NCBI GenBank assembly: GCA_963737155.1
Contig: CAVTRN010000001.1
Location: 1,056,001-1,120,000, forward strand
Length of the DNA: 64,000 bases
Reading direction: 5' to 3'
From: Nitrospirota bacterium
GTDB lineage: Bacteria > Nitrospirota > UBA9217
The first letter of the stretch is position 1, and every line of letters begins with the position of its first letter. The notes under the pieces were generated by a model, which was not told the origin of the DNA, ran no database searches, and saw only the letters and a program-made list of their open reading frames with translations. Below are positions 52,308-61,757 of the stretch, piece by piece. The position numbers and the translations under genes were made by a program.

Positions 52308-53086
52308 AAACCGTTGGATTGATCGCGTGTCTCATCGTTCCTCTCCTGTTCGCCTGCTACCCGCAAAAACCGGAGATTGCCATGATTGCCGTCCCCCCCG
52401 CCCCACTGATTGAAGTGCTGAATCAGCAGCGGCATGCTTTCACCAGCCTCAAAGCTGTGGCGAGCGCGACTATAGTGAAGGACGGACGGAAACGCTTCTT
52501 CGACACTGTCGGCGTTGTGGTTGACGATCAGCGCCGATTCAGGCTGGACGCTTACGGCCCGCTGGGCCAGTCAATAATGGTCATTGTCTGGGACGGACAG
52601 GAAGTTGTGCTCCGTCTTCCTGAAGAGAACAGAATTGACCATAAAGGGCCTGCAGGTTTGGAGCAGCTTCTAGGGCAGGGTCTGGAACCAGCCGAATTAT
52701 GCGCGATTCTCTCCGGGAATATACCGGATGTCGGCAAGATCGCGTCGCCCGTTTTATTGTGCGGAACAACTAACGACTGCATTCTGAAGCTGAACAGCGG
52801 CACCCTTCTTCGGACGGTCAGGGTCTCTTACCCGGTTAATCAGCCTGGCCGGCAACCGCGGATTCGCTCCTATGAATTATCTCGTTCAGGCAGACTCCTC
52901 TTTAAAGCGCGGTTCGACCGCGTCGAGGAAATCTCTCACTACCCCTTGCCGATGCAGATCGAGATCGAAAACCCCGGTCAAAACCTTAAATTAACGGTTG
53001 TTTATCGCGAAGCCGATGTGAACATGGCGATTAGCAACGATGTCTTTAGCCTTACAGAAGATTCAGAAGACGAAAATAGTAAATAG
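52304..53086 (+). CDS. LolB-like / DUF4292-like lipoprotein
   Basis: Lipobox LFAC, RFRLDAYGPLGQ; sits at the lolB position between the TPR gene and ispE. Confidence 0.55.
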   Translation: MKTVGLIACLIVPLLFACYPQKPEIAMIAVPPAPLIEVLNQQRHAFTSLKAVASATIVKDGRKRFFDTVGVVVDDQRRFRLDAYGPLGQSIMVIVWDGQEVVLRLPEENRIDHKGPAGLEQLLGQGLEPAELCAILSGNIPDVGKIASPVLLCGTTNDCILKLNSGTLLRTVRVSYPVNQPGRQPRIRSYELSRSGRLLFKARFDRVEEISHYPLPMQIEIENPGQNLKLTVVYREADVNMAISNDVFSLTEDSEDENSK

Positions 53087-53131
53087 AAAATCGAGTTCAG
53101 AAGAGTCATAATATAAGTATGAGGGAGTGCG

Positions 53132-54028
53132 ATGAAGACAATCACACTTCGATCCCCTGCAAAGATAAATCTCTGCCTGTCGGTTCTTGGCAAGCGGACC
53201 GATGGATACCATGATGTGGAGATGCTGATGCAGATGGTGGAGCTCTGCGACGAAATAGCCGTCTCCACCTGCGGTGGAACAGGCATCCGGGTTAGTTGCG
53301 ATGCAAAGTCGGTACCGTCGGGCGAAGGGAATACAGCGTGGAAAGCGGCACATGAGATGCTCAAAGCAGCTGGAAGCGGAGAGGGTCTTTCAATCGATAT
53401 TAAAAAAAATATCCCTGTTGCAGCCGGGCTGGCAGGCGGAAGCGGTAATGCCGCAGCTGTACTTGCGGCGGCGAACAGTCTGCTCGGGACACATTTTGGG
53501 GCAGATCGATTGGCCGCGATTGGAGCGAAGATCGGAATGGATGTGCCTTTTTTCTTCTTCGGACCGACCGCTATGGCTAGGGGACGGGGAGAATTGGTGA
53601 CGCCGATTGCTCCGGTACCGATATGTTGGGTTCTGCTCGTAAATCCGGGGCTTGAGATCTCTACGGCGTGGGTCTATAAAAACTTAAATTTGAGGTTGAC
53701 AAAGAAAGTTGACTGTAATAAAATTGCTCGGCTTACGGTCCGAAATATTGCCGAGGGGCTTCACAATGACCTTGAAGCTGTAACTGCGGTCGCTCACCCC
53801 GTGATTATCAGAATAAAAGAAGCTCTTCTGGTCCAGCAGGCGCTGGGTGTGTGCATGAGCGGGAGCGGACCGACGGTCTTTGGCATTTTCGAGAAGGAGT
53901 CTTCATGTCGTGCTGCCGCGGCAAACCTCTCACAGAAGGGGTGGCGAATTTTTGTGACACGGACTTTAACCGAATCGCCGCTTGCAAAATACTCGGAGAG
54001 AAGCGGGCGCCATCAGAATAATGATTAG
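53132..54028 (+). CDS. ispE: 4-diphosphocytidyl-2-C-methyl-D-erythritol kinase
   Basis: SPAKINL, DGYH, KNIPVAAGLAGGS.NAA, G.DVPFF, NDLE, MSGSGPTVF. Confidence 0.96.
   Translation: MKTITLRSPAKINLCLSVLGKRTDGYHDVEMLMQMVELCDEIAVSTCGGTGIRVSCDAKSVPSGEGNTAWKAAHEMLKAAGSGEGLSIDIKKNIPVAAGLAGGSGNAAAVLAAANSLLGTHFGADRLAAIGAKIGMDVPFFFFGPTAMARGRGELVTPIAPVPICWVLLVNPGLEISTAWVYKNLNLRLTKKVDCNKIARLTVRNIAEGLHNDLEAVTAVAHPVIIRIKEALLVQQALGVCMSGSGPTVFGIFEKESSCRAAAANLSQKGWRIFVTRTLTESPLAKYSERSGRHQNND
53696..53724 (+). promoter_or_regulatory. Intragenic sigma70 promoter inside ispE
   Basis: TTGACA-17 nt-TAAAAT in a locally AT-rich patch of ispE. Confidence 0.55.
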
Positions 54029-54081
54029 ATTAGTGCCTCCACACACACGAGCTGCTTTTTTTCACCATGAGGAGGTGTCAT

Positions 54082-54387
54082 ATGGAAGTTACCGAGGTCA
54101 GAGTATTTCCGGTCAATAACGAGGAACGGCTCAAAGCCTATGCAACGATAACGATTGACAACGTTTTTTTAATCCGGGACCTGCGGGTCATCAATGGAAA
54201 CGCGGGCCTGTTTGTAGCCATGCCAAGCCGCAAAATGAAGGACGGTACATTCAAAGATATAGCCCACCCGCTAAACAGCGAAACGAGACAGATGATCGAA
54301 AAGAAGGTCCTTTCGGAGTATGAGCGAGAATTGGCTAATCCTACGATCAGGGAACGTACTCCTCCGAAAGACGCTGAAGCGCATTGA
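54082..54387 (+). CDS. spoVG: SpoVG family nucleic-acid-binding protein
   Basis: MEVTEVRV, LKAYATITID, GLFVAMPSRK, FKDIAHPLN. Confidence 0.93.
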   Translation: MEVTEVRVFPVNNEERLKAYATITIDNVFLIRDLRVINGNAGLFVAMPSRKMKDGTFKDIAHPLNSETRQMIEKKVLSEYERELANPTIRERTPPKDAEAH

Positions 54388-54433
54388 CATGTACTAAAGT
54401 AATGAGTTTTGCCGATTCTACATTCGAGATGAG

Positions 54434-54458
54434 AGGATAGGCGTAAGCCTATCCTTTT
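54434..54458 (+). terminator. Intrinsic terminator-like hairpin after spoVG
   Basis: AGGATAGGC-GTAA-GCCTATCCT followed by TTT. Confidence 0.7.
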
Positions 54459-54496
54459 GATGTTTTTTCAGGCCGATGGAGCAAGGCGGCTTCTAT

Positions 54497-54570
54497 TCGG
54501 GGATCGTCTAATGGTAGGACAGAGGCCTTTGAAGCCTTTAATCGGGGTCCGACTCCCTGTCCCCGAACCA
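54497..54570 (+). tRNA. tRNA-Gln (anticodon TTG)
   Basis: Acceptor TCGGGGA/TCCCCGA, anticodon arm GAGGC-CTTTGAA-GCCTT, T arm CGGGG-TCCGACT-CCCTG, encoded CCA; usual position upstream of prs. Confidence 0.92.
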
Positions 54571-54593
54571 GAATTCCGAGGAATGAGGTTCTG

Positions 54594-55547
54594 ATGGTAA
54601 AATTACGAGGTCAGGAAATCAAGATTTTTTCCGGGAATGCCAATACGCCGCTGGCGAAGGAGATCTGTCAACGGATGAATCTTCCACTGGGAAATGCCCT
54701 CGTTGGCCAGTTCAGTGACGGTGAGATTAACGTGCAGATCGTGGACAACGTGCGCGGCATGGATGTGTTCGTGGTACAGCCCACGGCAAGCCCGGTAAAT
54801 CGGCATCTTATGGAGCTTCTGATCATGATTGACGCGCTTAAACGCGCGTCTGCGGCGAGGATCACAGCCGTACTCCCCTACTATGGGTATAGCAGACAGG
54901 ATCGCAAGGTGCAGCCACGCGTTCCCATTACCTCAAAGCTCGTGGCCGATCTCATAACCGCGGCGGGAGCGAACCGGGTGTTAACTGTGGATCTTCACGC
55001 TGGGCAGATTCAGGGATTCTTCAACATTCCCGTTGACAACCTGTTTGCCGCTCCGGTGATCCTTGATTACTTTCGGGGGAAGAAATTCAGCAACCTGACT
55101 GTCGTTTCGCCCGATGCCGGCGGCGTGGAACGCGCTCGAGCGTTTGCAAAGCGGCTCGACGCCACGCTGGCGATCATCGACAAACGGCGCGACAAGCCGA
55201 ATGTGGCCCAGGTTATGCATATCATCGGAGATGTAAAGGGACACGATTGCCTGTTGCTTGACGACATGGTGGACACGGCAGGCACTCTGACTGAGGGCGC
55301 AGGAGCGCTCAAGGCAAACGGTGCGGGCCATATTTATGCTGCCTGCACCCATGCGGTGCTCTCGGGACCGGCCATCCAGAGGATAAACAACTCTCCGCTC
55401 GATGAACTCATAACTGCCAACACAATCGCCCTTGACAGCAAGCAGCAGGAGTGCAAGAAACTGACGGTTCTTTCCGTCGCGCCGCTTCTTTCCGAGGCGA
55501 TAACGAGGATACACGAGGAGACGTCGCTCAGCTCGTTGTTTGTGTAA
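54594..55547 (+). CDS. prs: Ribose-phosphate pyrophosphokinase
   Basis: FSDGEI, PYYGYSRQDRK, DLHAGQIQGFF, VSPDAGG, DDMVDTAGT. Confidence 0.98.
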   Translation: MVKLRGQEIKIFSGNANTPLAKEICQRMNLPLGNALVGQFSDGEINVQIVDNVRGMDVFVVQPTASPVNRHLMELLIMIDALKRASAARITAVLPYYGYSRQDRKVQPRVPITSKLVADLITAAGANRVLTVDLHAGQIQGFFNIPVDNLFAAPVILDYFRGKKFSNLTVVSPDAGGVERARAFAKRLDATLAIIDKRRDKPNVAQVMHIIGDVKGHDCLLLDDMVDTAGTLTEGAGALKANGAGHIYAACTHAVLSGPAIQRINNSPLDELITANTIALDSKQQECKKLTVLSVAPLLSEAITRIHEETSLSSLFV

Positions 55548-55552
55548 TAGCA

Positions 55553-55597
55553 ACGAAAACAGTTTAAACCGTTTAAACTGATCAAGCCGTTTAAACG
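55553..55597. repeat. Degenerate 9-nt tandem repeat (GTTTAAACY)
   Basis: acgaaaaca gtttaaacc gtttaaact gatcaagcc gtttaaacg. Confidence 0.7.
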
Positions 55598-55618
55598 GCT
55601 CATTATTACGGAGGAGAA

Positions 55619-56380
55619 ATGGAAAAGTTTGCATTATCAGCGCAAGTCAGGGAAAAGGCTGGCAAGGGAGTTGCCAGGGGTCTGAGAAGAGATCAGAGGG
55701 TGCCGGCGGTTCTTTACAGCCACGGTAAATCCGTGCCTATCTCGATGGGTAACAAGGATATTACGAGCATTCTCAATAAGGAGGGCGGCGAGCACGCGCT
55801 TATCAATCTCACACTTGACGGAAAAGATGGTTCGGAGAAGCTGGCCTTGATCAAGGATTACCAGGTCGATCCCAGGAGCGGCAAGCTCATACATGTCGAC
55901 CTCATGGAAGTGGCGCTAAACGAGAAGGTGAAAATCCAGGTGGCGGTCCACATCTTGGGTAATGCCCTGGGCGTGAAGGAAGGCGGCATCTTCCAGTATG
56001 GCCAGCGGTCGCTTGATATCGAATGTCTACCGAACCTGATTCCCGATTTCATCGAGGTAAATATTTCGGAACTCAAGATTAACGAGTCGCTCCATGTGCG
56101 TGATATCAAAGTGATGGAGGGCATCAGGATCCTGACCGACGGTGATGCAACGGTCGCGACGATTCAGCCGCCGATTTCCGAGGCCAAGCTTGAGGCCATG
56201 CTTACCGCTACTCCTGCAGTGGGCGCGGAGGCAGGCGAGCCGGAGCTGGTCAAAAAACCGAAGAAAGAAGGCGAAGCCGCTGTTGCTCCGGCTGCCGAGG
56301 CCAAGGGCAAAGAAGGGGCCAAGGAAGCCGCTCCAAAGAAGGAAGCCGCCCCCAAGAAAGAAGCTGCCCCCAAAAAGTAA
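55619..56380 (+). CDS. rplY: 50S ribosomal protein L25/Ctc
   Basis: GKGVARGLRR..RVPAVLY, HVDL, GVKEGG, LHVRDI; C-terminal KEAAPK x3. Confidence 0.95.
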   Translation: MEKFALSAQVREKAGKGVARGLRRDQRVPAVLYSHGKSVPISMGNKDITSILNKEGGEHALINLTLDGKDGSEKLALIKDYQVDPRSGKLIHVDLMEVALNEKVKIQVAVHILGNALGVKEGGIFQYGQRSLDIECLPNLIPDFIEVNISELKINESLHVRDIKVMEGIRILTDGDATVATIQPPISEAKLEAMLTATPAVGAEAGEPELVKKPKKEGEAAVAPAAEAKGKEGAKEAAPKKEAAPKKEAAPKK

Positions 56381-56409
56381 GGCCGCCTGTACTGTTCTCC
56401 GGGGGGTGA

Positions 56410-56973
56410 ATGAAGATCATCGTCGGGCTCGGCAACCCGGGCAGAAAGTACGAACATACTCGTCACAACGCTGGATTCATGGCTATTGACGAGCTCGCAA
56501 AAAACCTGTATGTCGATATTGCCCAGGAAAAATACTTCGCGCTTATCGGCAAGGCCCGTATAGATTCGGAACAGGTTGTCCTGATCAAGCCGCAGACTTA
56601 TATGAATGAGAGCGGCAGGGCCGTGGCGGCTGCAGTTAGGGGCTCTTACGCGGACGTGGCTGATCTTCTCGTGATCCATGACGAGTTGGATCTGCCATCG
56701 GGGTCCGTGCGCGTAAAAATCGGCGGTGGTCACGGTGGTCACAATGGGCTTCGCTCCATAATAGAGCATCTGGGTTCAGCGGAATTTGTTAGGGTCCGCA
56801 TCGGCATCGGTCGGCCAGCGCCGGATAGGGATACTGCGGATTATGTCCTCAGCCCTTTTCTTGCGGAAGAACGGGAGGCCGCTACCAAAGCTGTAAATAG
56901 GGCTGCTGAAGCGGTGAAAGCTTTTATGAAGGAAGGTCTCACCGCAGCAATGAACAAGTTCAATCAGTGGTAA
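56410..56973 (+). CDS. pth: Peptidyl-tRNA hydrolase
   Basis: GLGNPG..Y..TRHNAGF, KPQTYMNESG, HDELD, GGHNGL. Confidence 0.97.
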   Translation: MKIIVGLGNPGRKYEHTRHNAGFMAIDELAKNLYVDIAQEKYFALIGKARIDSEQVVLIKPQTYMNESGRAVAAAVRGSYADVADLLVIHDELDLPSGSVRVKIGGGHGGHNGLRSIIEHLGSAEFVRVRIGIGRPAPDRDTADYVLSPFLAEEREAATKAVNRAAEAVKAFMKEGLTAAMNKFNQW

Positions 56974-57008
56974 CGCACCTTCAGGGTGCGATCCTCATTT
57001 TTATGAAC

Positions 57009-57050
57009 AAGCCCGGACCTGAAGTATTAGGCGACAGCTCCGGGTTTTTT
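57009..57050 (+). terminator. Putative terminator after pth
   Basis: AAGCCCGGA...TCCGGGTTT stem with T tract; large loop. Confidence 0.45.
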
Positions 57051-57181
57051 GTTGTCAAAAAGCGTCAAAAAATCTTTCCCACGGGTGGAAACGAAAGACA
57101 GTGATAAAAAGAGGTATTTGCATGTTCTGCGCTTCCACGGCTGTTAACAGGGTCCTAAAAAATTAATAAAACAACCGGATG

Positions 57182-57250
57182 GTTATTCTGATGTCGGTGA
57201 AGAATCCCGTTTTCCCGGATACTTTAATCCCTCACTTGGTTCAGGATGAC
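57182..57250. repeat. Palindromic REP/RPE-like intergenic element
   Basis: Terminal arms GTTATTCTGA / TCAGGATGAC with internal GTGAAGAATC...ATCCCTCAC. Confidence 0.45.
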
Positions 57251-57318
57251 TCCTTAAAAGTGTTTTTTTTTGCAGACTAATTGTAGTTACACTGTATCTC
57301 AGGCAAAAGGAGTTTCTC

Positions 57319-58413
57319 ATGGGTTTCAATTGCGGTATTGTTGGCCTCCCTAACGTTGGCAAATCCACCATTTTTAACGCCCTCACCTCAGCAGGTGCAC
57401 AGGCATCGAATTACCCCTTTACGACCATCGATCCCAATATAGGCGTTGTAGATATGCCAGATGAGCGGCTCGATACACTCGCTAAGATTTACCAACCTAA
57501 GAAACTGACGCCGACGAGTATGGAGTTCGTCGATATCGCCGGACTGGTAAAAGGCGCAGCTCAAGGCGAGGGACTCGGGAATAAGTTTCTCGCAAATATT
57601 AGAGAAGTAGATGCCATTGCCCATGTGGTGCGCTGTTTTGACGATCCCAATGTTGTGCACGTTGCTGGCCATGTTGATCCCAAGGCAGATATTGAAGTTA
57701 TCGAGGCGGAACTCATGCTCGCCGATCTCGACTCGATCGAGAAACGTCTATTTAAGGCGGAGAAAATGGTTAAGACTGGGGATAAAAAGACGGCTGATGA
57801 AGTGGCCTTCATGCGGACGCTTAAAGATATGCTTGCGAAAGGCGAGCCAATCCGCCGCGCATCCCACTCCGAAGAGGAGGCACTATTGCTCCGGGGCTAT
57901 GCCCTGCTGTCTGCCAAACCGGTGCTATATGTGGCGAATGTAGCTGAGAACATGGTGGATAAGCCGAATCTCTATGTGGACGCCGTAAAAAAAATCGCTG
58001 CCGAAGAAGGCGCAAAAGTAGTCATTATCTCCGGCCAAGTGGAGGGGGAAATTGCGCAGCTGCCAAAAGAAGAGCGTAAGGAATATCTCGCCGGCATGGG
58101 GCTTAGAGAATCAGGCCTTGATCGCATGATCAGAGCGGGGTATGACCTGCTTGGCCTTATCACATATTTTACTGCAGGCGAGAAAGAAGTACGTGCATGG
58201 ACCATCACCAAGGGCACTAAGGCGCCCCAGGCGGCCGGCAAGATCCATACAGATTTCGAAAAAGGATTCATCCGAGCCGAGGTGTTCCACTACGATGACC
58301 TGATGAAGCTGAAAACCGAGCAGGCGGTGAAGGCAGCCGGACTGCTCCGCTCAGAAGGCAAGGACTATGTGGTGAAGGACGGCGATATTATGCTGTTCCG
58401 GTTTAACGTGTAA
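57319..58413 (+). CDS. ychF: Redox-regulated ATPase YchF
   Basis: GLPNVGKST, NYPFTTIDPN, DIAGLV, AGKIHTDFEKGFIRAE, FRFNV. Confidence 0.98.
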   Translation: MGFNCGIVGLPNVGKSTIFNALTSAGAQASNYPFTTIDPNIGVVDMPDERLDTLAKIYQPKKLTPTSMEFVDIAGLVKGAAQGEGLGNKFLANIREVDAIAHVVRCFDDPNVVHVAGHVDPKADIEVIEAELMLADLDSIEKRLFKAEKMVKTGDKKTADEVAFMRTLKDMLAKGEPIRRASHSEEEALLLRGYALLSAKPVLYVANVAENMVDKPNLYVDAVKKIAAEEGAKVVIISGQVEGEIAQLPKEERKEYLAGMGLRESGLDRMIRAGYDLLGLITYFTAGEKEVRAWTITKGTKAPQAAGKIHTDFEKGFIRAEVFHYDDLMKLKTEQAVKAAGLLRSEGKDYVVKDGDIMLFRFNV

Positions 58414-58426
58414 GCGCGGCATTTTT

Positions 58427-59353
58427 TTATAAGGATATATCCGCACGAAGCATTTCCCCGATTTCCTGCAGGCGTTTCACCCCCCTGATTTCGGTAAGTG
58501 AGAGCGGTAAAGTGGCAACAGGACACTTGCCCGCCATTCTTCTTAATTCCTCAATATATGTTCCCTGACGATCCTGCAGTGCTGCGAGCGACGGGGAGTC
58601 TGGCTCTTCGATAACACGGTTGATGACAACACCATGGATCGTGAGATTATAGTCCAGAAGCGTAGCAATCAGCCTGCGGGTCTGGTTCACTACCAGGGCT
58701 TCGGGATTCGCCACGATAAGAAATGCCGAAGAAGCATGAAGGAACCTGCTGATCTTCTCGGATGCCCGACACCATTCATTCATGATCTCAGCAATAGCCC
58801 GTTTCCCAATCAACTGTTTGCCGATTCTGTCCAGCCCCTCGAACACCCGGGCGCCGGCGCGAAGATGTTTTCTTATGTTTGTGGGCATATCGAGGAGGTT
58901 CAGCGTTTCACCGGCTGGCGCCGTGTCCCAGACGACTCGGTCGTATCCCCAGCTTTCTGACATATCTCTGACGACGTCGAGCATGGTTTCTTCCCGAAGG
59001 GCAGGGGCGGAGCCGATATAATCGAGCAGTTGATGTTGAGATTCCTTATCTAGTGATTCTAGATCCACGATGTGTTCGAGTATATCCGAGAAGTCCTGGC
59101 CGAAGCGGTTTCTCCACCATGAAACAATGGTCTCTTGGCTGATTTCATAGGCATCGAGATTCTTGCAGACGGAAGTGACGTTGCTTCCGATCTGCTGCTC
59201 AAGAACGTCGGACAGGGAAGGAGTCATGTCCGAGGTAATGAGCAGCGTTTTACGGCCCATGGCTGCTATATGCGAGGCAATCGCCGCTGCGCAGGTTGTC
59301 TTGCCCACACCGCCTTTGCCGCCTACTAGCAGCATCTGTTTTCGGTCGGCCAT
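58427..59353 (-). CDS. ArsA/GET3-family single-domain ATPase
   Basis: GGKGGVGKTT, TSD..PSLSD, WDTAPAGETL.LL, VVINRV; start uncertain. Confidence 0.85.
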   Translation of the reverse strand: MADRKQMLLVGGKGGVGKTTCAAAIASHIAAMGRKTLLITSDMTPSLSDVLEQQIGSNVTSVCKNLDAYEISQETIVSWWRNRFGQDFSDILEHIVDLESLDKESQHQLLDYIGSAPALREETMLDVVRDMSESWGYDRVVWDTAPAGETLNLLDMPTNIRKHLRAGARVFEGLDRIGKQLIGKRAIAEIMNEWCRASEKISRFLHASSAFLIVANPEALVVNQTRRLIATLLDYNLTIHGVVINRVIEEPDSPSLAALQDRQGTYIEELRRMAGKCPVATLPLSLTEIRGVKRLQEIGEMLRADISL

Positions 59354-60429
59354 GGCGAGCCCGGCGTTTCCAGTCTTCATTGTTTTCATAGTAGCACAAT
59401 CGTACGGTAAAGGGAATGATCCCAAAGCGTGATGTATTGTCGATGGATATAAAAACATGGTAGGGATAAAACAACCATTAAAAAAATATTTAACTTCTGA
59501 TTGTCAAATATCAGGACATCGGTTACCCGATTCTAATAGTCCCAAATATTAAAATATCGATTACCCAAAAGGAGATAATGGAGTCATCAAGTAGCAGGCC
59601 TTCGGGCATTTGGTACTCAAAAATATCGACGATGATTAATTTCCTCGAATGTGCCAAGCATACTTGTTGTAGTCTATTTACCTTTAAAGCATGAATATGA
59701 TAGTTTTAGAGTTCTTGAATTCACGGTATTTTCATATCGTAAATTTTTCAACCTAAAATTAAAGTACCTGCAAACACTATCCACTCAACATGAGATAGAA
59801 TCACAATGTTTTGGGTTGCCGATGTATTGACACTTGTTAGTTGATGAATAAAGGTTTTTTCAACGTGTAAAGCAATATCGAAAATCATGGAATTGTAGAG
59901 ACTGATTCTGATGCAGGTTCCTGTTTTCGACTCTGTTGGTGGTTACAAGCGGTTTCTGAGCTTTTTTAGATTACGGCCGGGAAGGTACGATCATCACTGC
60001 AATTGTTCGGAGCGGAGAACGTTATTTCTTGTCAACGTATGTCATTCCCGGCAGAACGCCGATGTGGATCTACATCAGCATCGGCACGGCTGAGTTGGCA
60101 GGCCAACTTTGAAGTTGGTCCTTTTTGTGATGTTTACATTGTAGTGCGTAAAAAAAGATCGAGGGCTTGATATCCATGTTTCGGGCGCCGGTGGCGAGAA
60201 GGAGCGGCATATATATAGGTCACGTCAAGAGTCCTTTTCGAAGCAGTTATCGTAGTGTGGTTTTTGTGGGTGTGGAGTGCGACTTCCTGGACTTCGATTC
60301 TATCACCTATATTTTCTGGTTGATGACAACATACACCTACCGCGATGCTTCGATGATAAGCTGATCAAAGTGCTTATTCAAATGCGCTTTCAGTTTCTGG
60401 TCCAGCTCCTTGCCACATTAATTGCCATA

Positions 60430-61532
60430 CTATCCACCCGAGCTTGTTAATTCCTGCATAAGAGATTTGACTGACATAATTTTGTCAACACGGTAGGCAT
60501 TTGTGCCGATCGTATAAAGAGCTTCCTCTTCTGCCGGATTGTACCCAGCTGAACTCAGCAGGCCATTGCAAATGCAGAAATAGTCTTTATTGTCCTCTTT
60601 GGCGGGACAGACAGTGAACTTCCCGTCAGCGTCCTTCATCAGAACATAGCCCTTGTCACACTTGGGTTTTCGAAGGCGTTGAAGCGAGGAAACATACATC
60701 GGTGACTGCTTGATGACTCGGAACGGAAGCCCACAGGGCGAGCCGGGTCGATGAGCTACGACAATGTCTTCTGCTGCAGCGTCAATTACGGCTTTCTTAT
60801 AGACATCGGACGCACTGCTTTCATTGGTTGCAAGGAAGCGTGTGCCCATCTGGACACCGTCGGCTCCCATGCTCATAAAGCGAATTATATCATCATGCGT
60901 GTAGATTCCGCCGGCAACGATGACGGGAAAATCCCCGAATTTTCGCGCTATATCTTTGACCGGAGGCAGGAGATTCTCGAGCTTATTAGAGTCCAGATCG
61001 ATTTGGTCTATGCGGAAACCGAGATGTCCGCCTGCAAGGGGCCCCTCAAGCACGACGGCATCGGGTTGGTAACTTACCTTACTCCATTTTTTGCAGATAA
61101 TTTCGAGCGCCCGTGCGGATGAGACGATAGGTATCAGTGCCGTGTCCTTAGGATGCTGAATAATGGGTAGATTGAGCGGGAGGCCAGCCCCGGAGATTAT
61201 GACGTCAACGCCGGCATCAAGGGCTCCCCGTACGGAGTCGTTGAAGTCTCTCGCCAGCGCTCCCATGATATTGATGCCGACGACGCCACCCCGAATATTG
61301 ACAGAGAGACTTCTTCGTAGGCGGCTTCATAGGTGTTCACTTTTTTGTTACTTCTTTTTTCAATAATCCTATCGAGACAGGCGCTGGAGACGATGCCAAC
61401 TCCGCCTTCGCTCGCAACAGCTTTCGCTAGGGGGTGCAGTGACACGCCGACACCCATGCCGCCCTGGATAATGGGAATCTTAATATGTAAGCCTTTGATA
61501 ATAAGAGGTTTTAACACTGAATCAGATTTCAA
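60430..61532 (-). pseudogene. Nitronate monooxygenase/FabK-like flavoprotein split by one frameshift near 61290
   Basis: N-part PIIQGGMGVGVS...GGVG (61532-61290) continues in another frame as GGVVGINIMGAL...SGAGLP...EGPLAGGHLG...GVQMGTRF. Confidence 0.8.
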
Positions 61533-61757
61533 ATCGCCCCCTTGATATATTCACCACAAACCGGAAGGTTGGAATGTGTTCCGTGGTTAAATTATTTATC
61601 GCTTCTCTTCAAATCAAGATAAAAAAACTTAATAAGTATACCATAGTAAAAGCCTTTATACAACATGAAGTTAGGTGCCTGGCCGTGGCATAACCGAACG
61701 GGGCGATCAAAGCGGTGGTTGACAATTTTTGCTCATTGTGCGATTATCCCTTCGCAT

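Noticed and set aside
56321-56377. 18-nt tandem repeat at the end of rplY
   Set aside because: It simply encodes the low-complexity KEAAPK tail commonly seen on L25/Ctc proteins.
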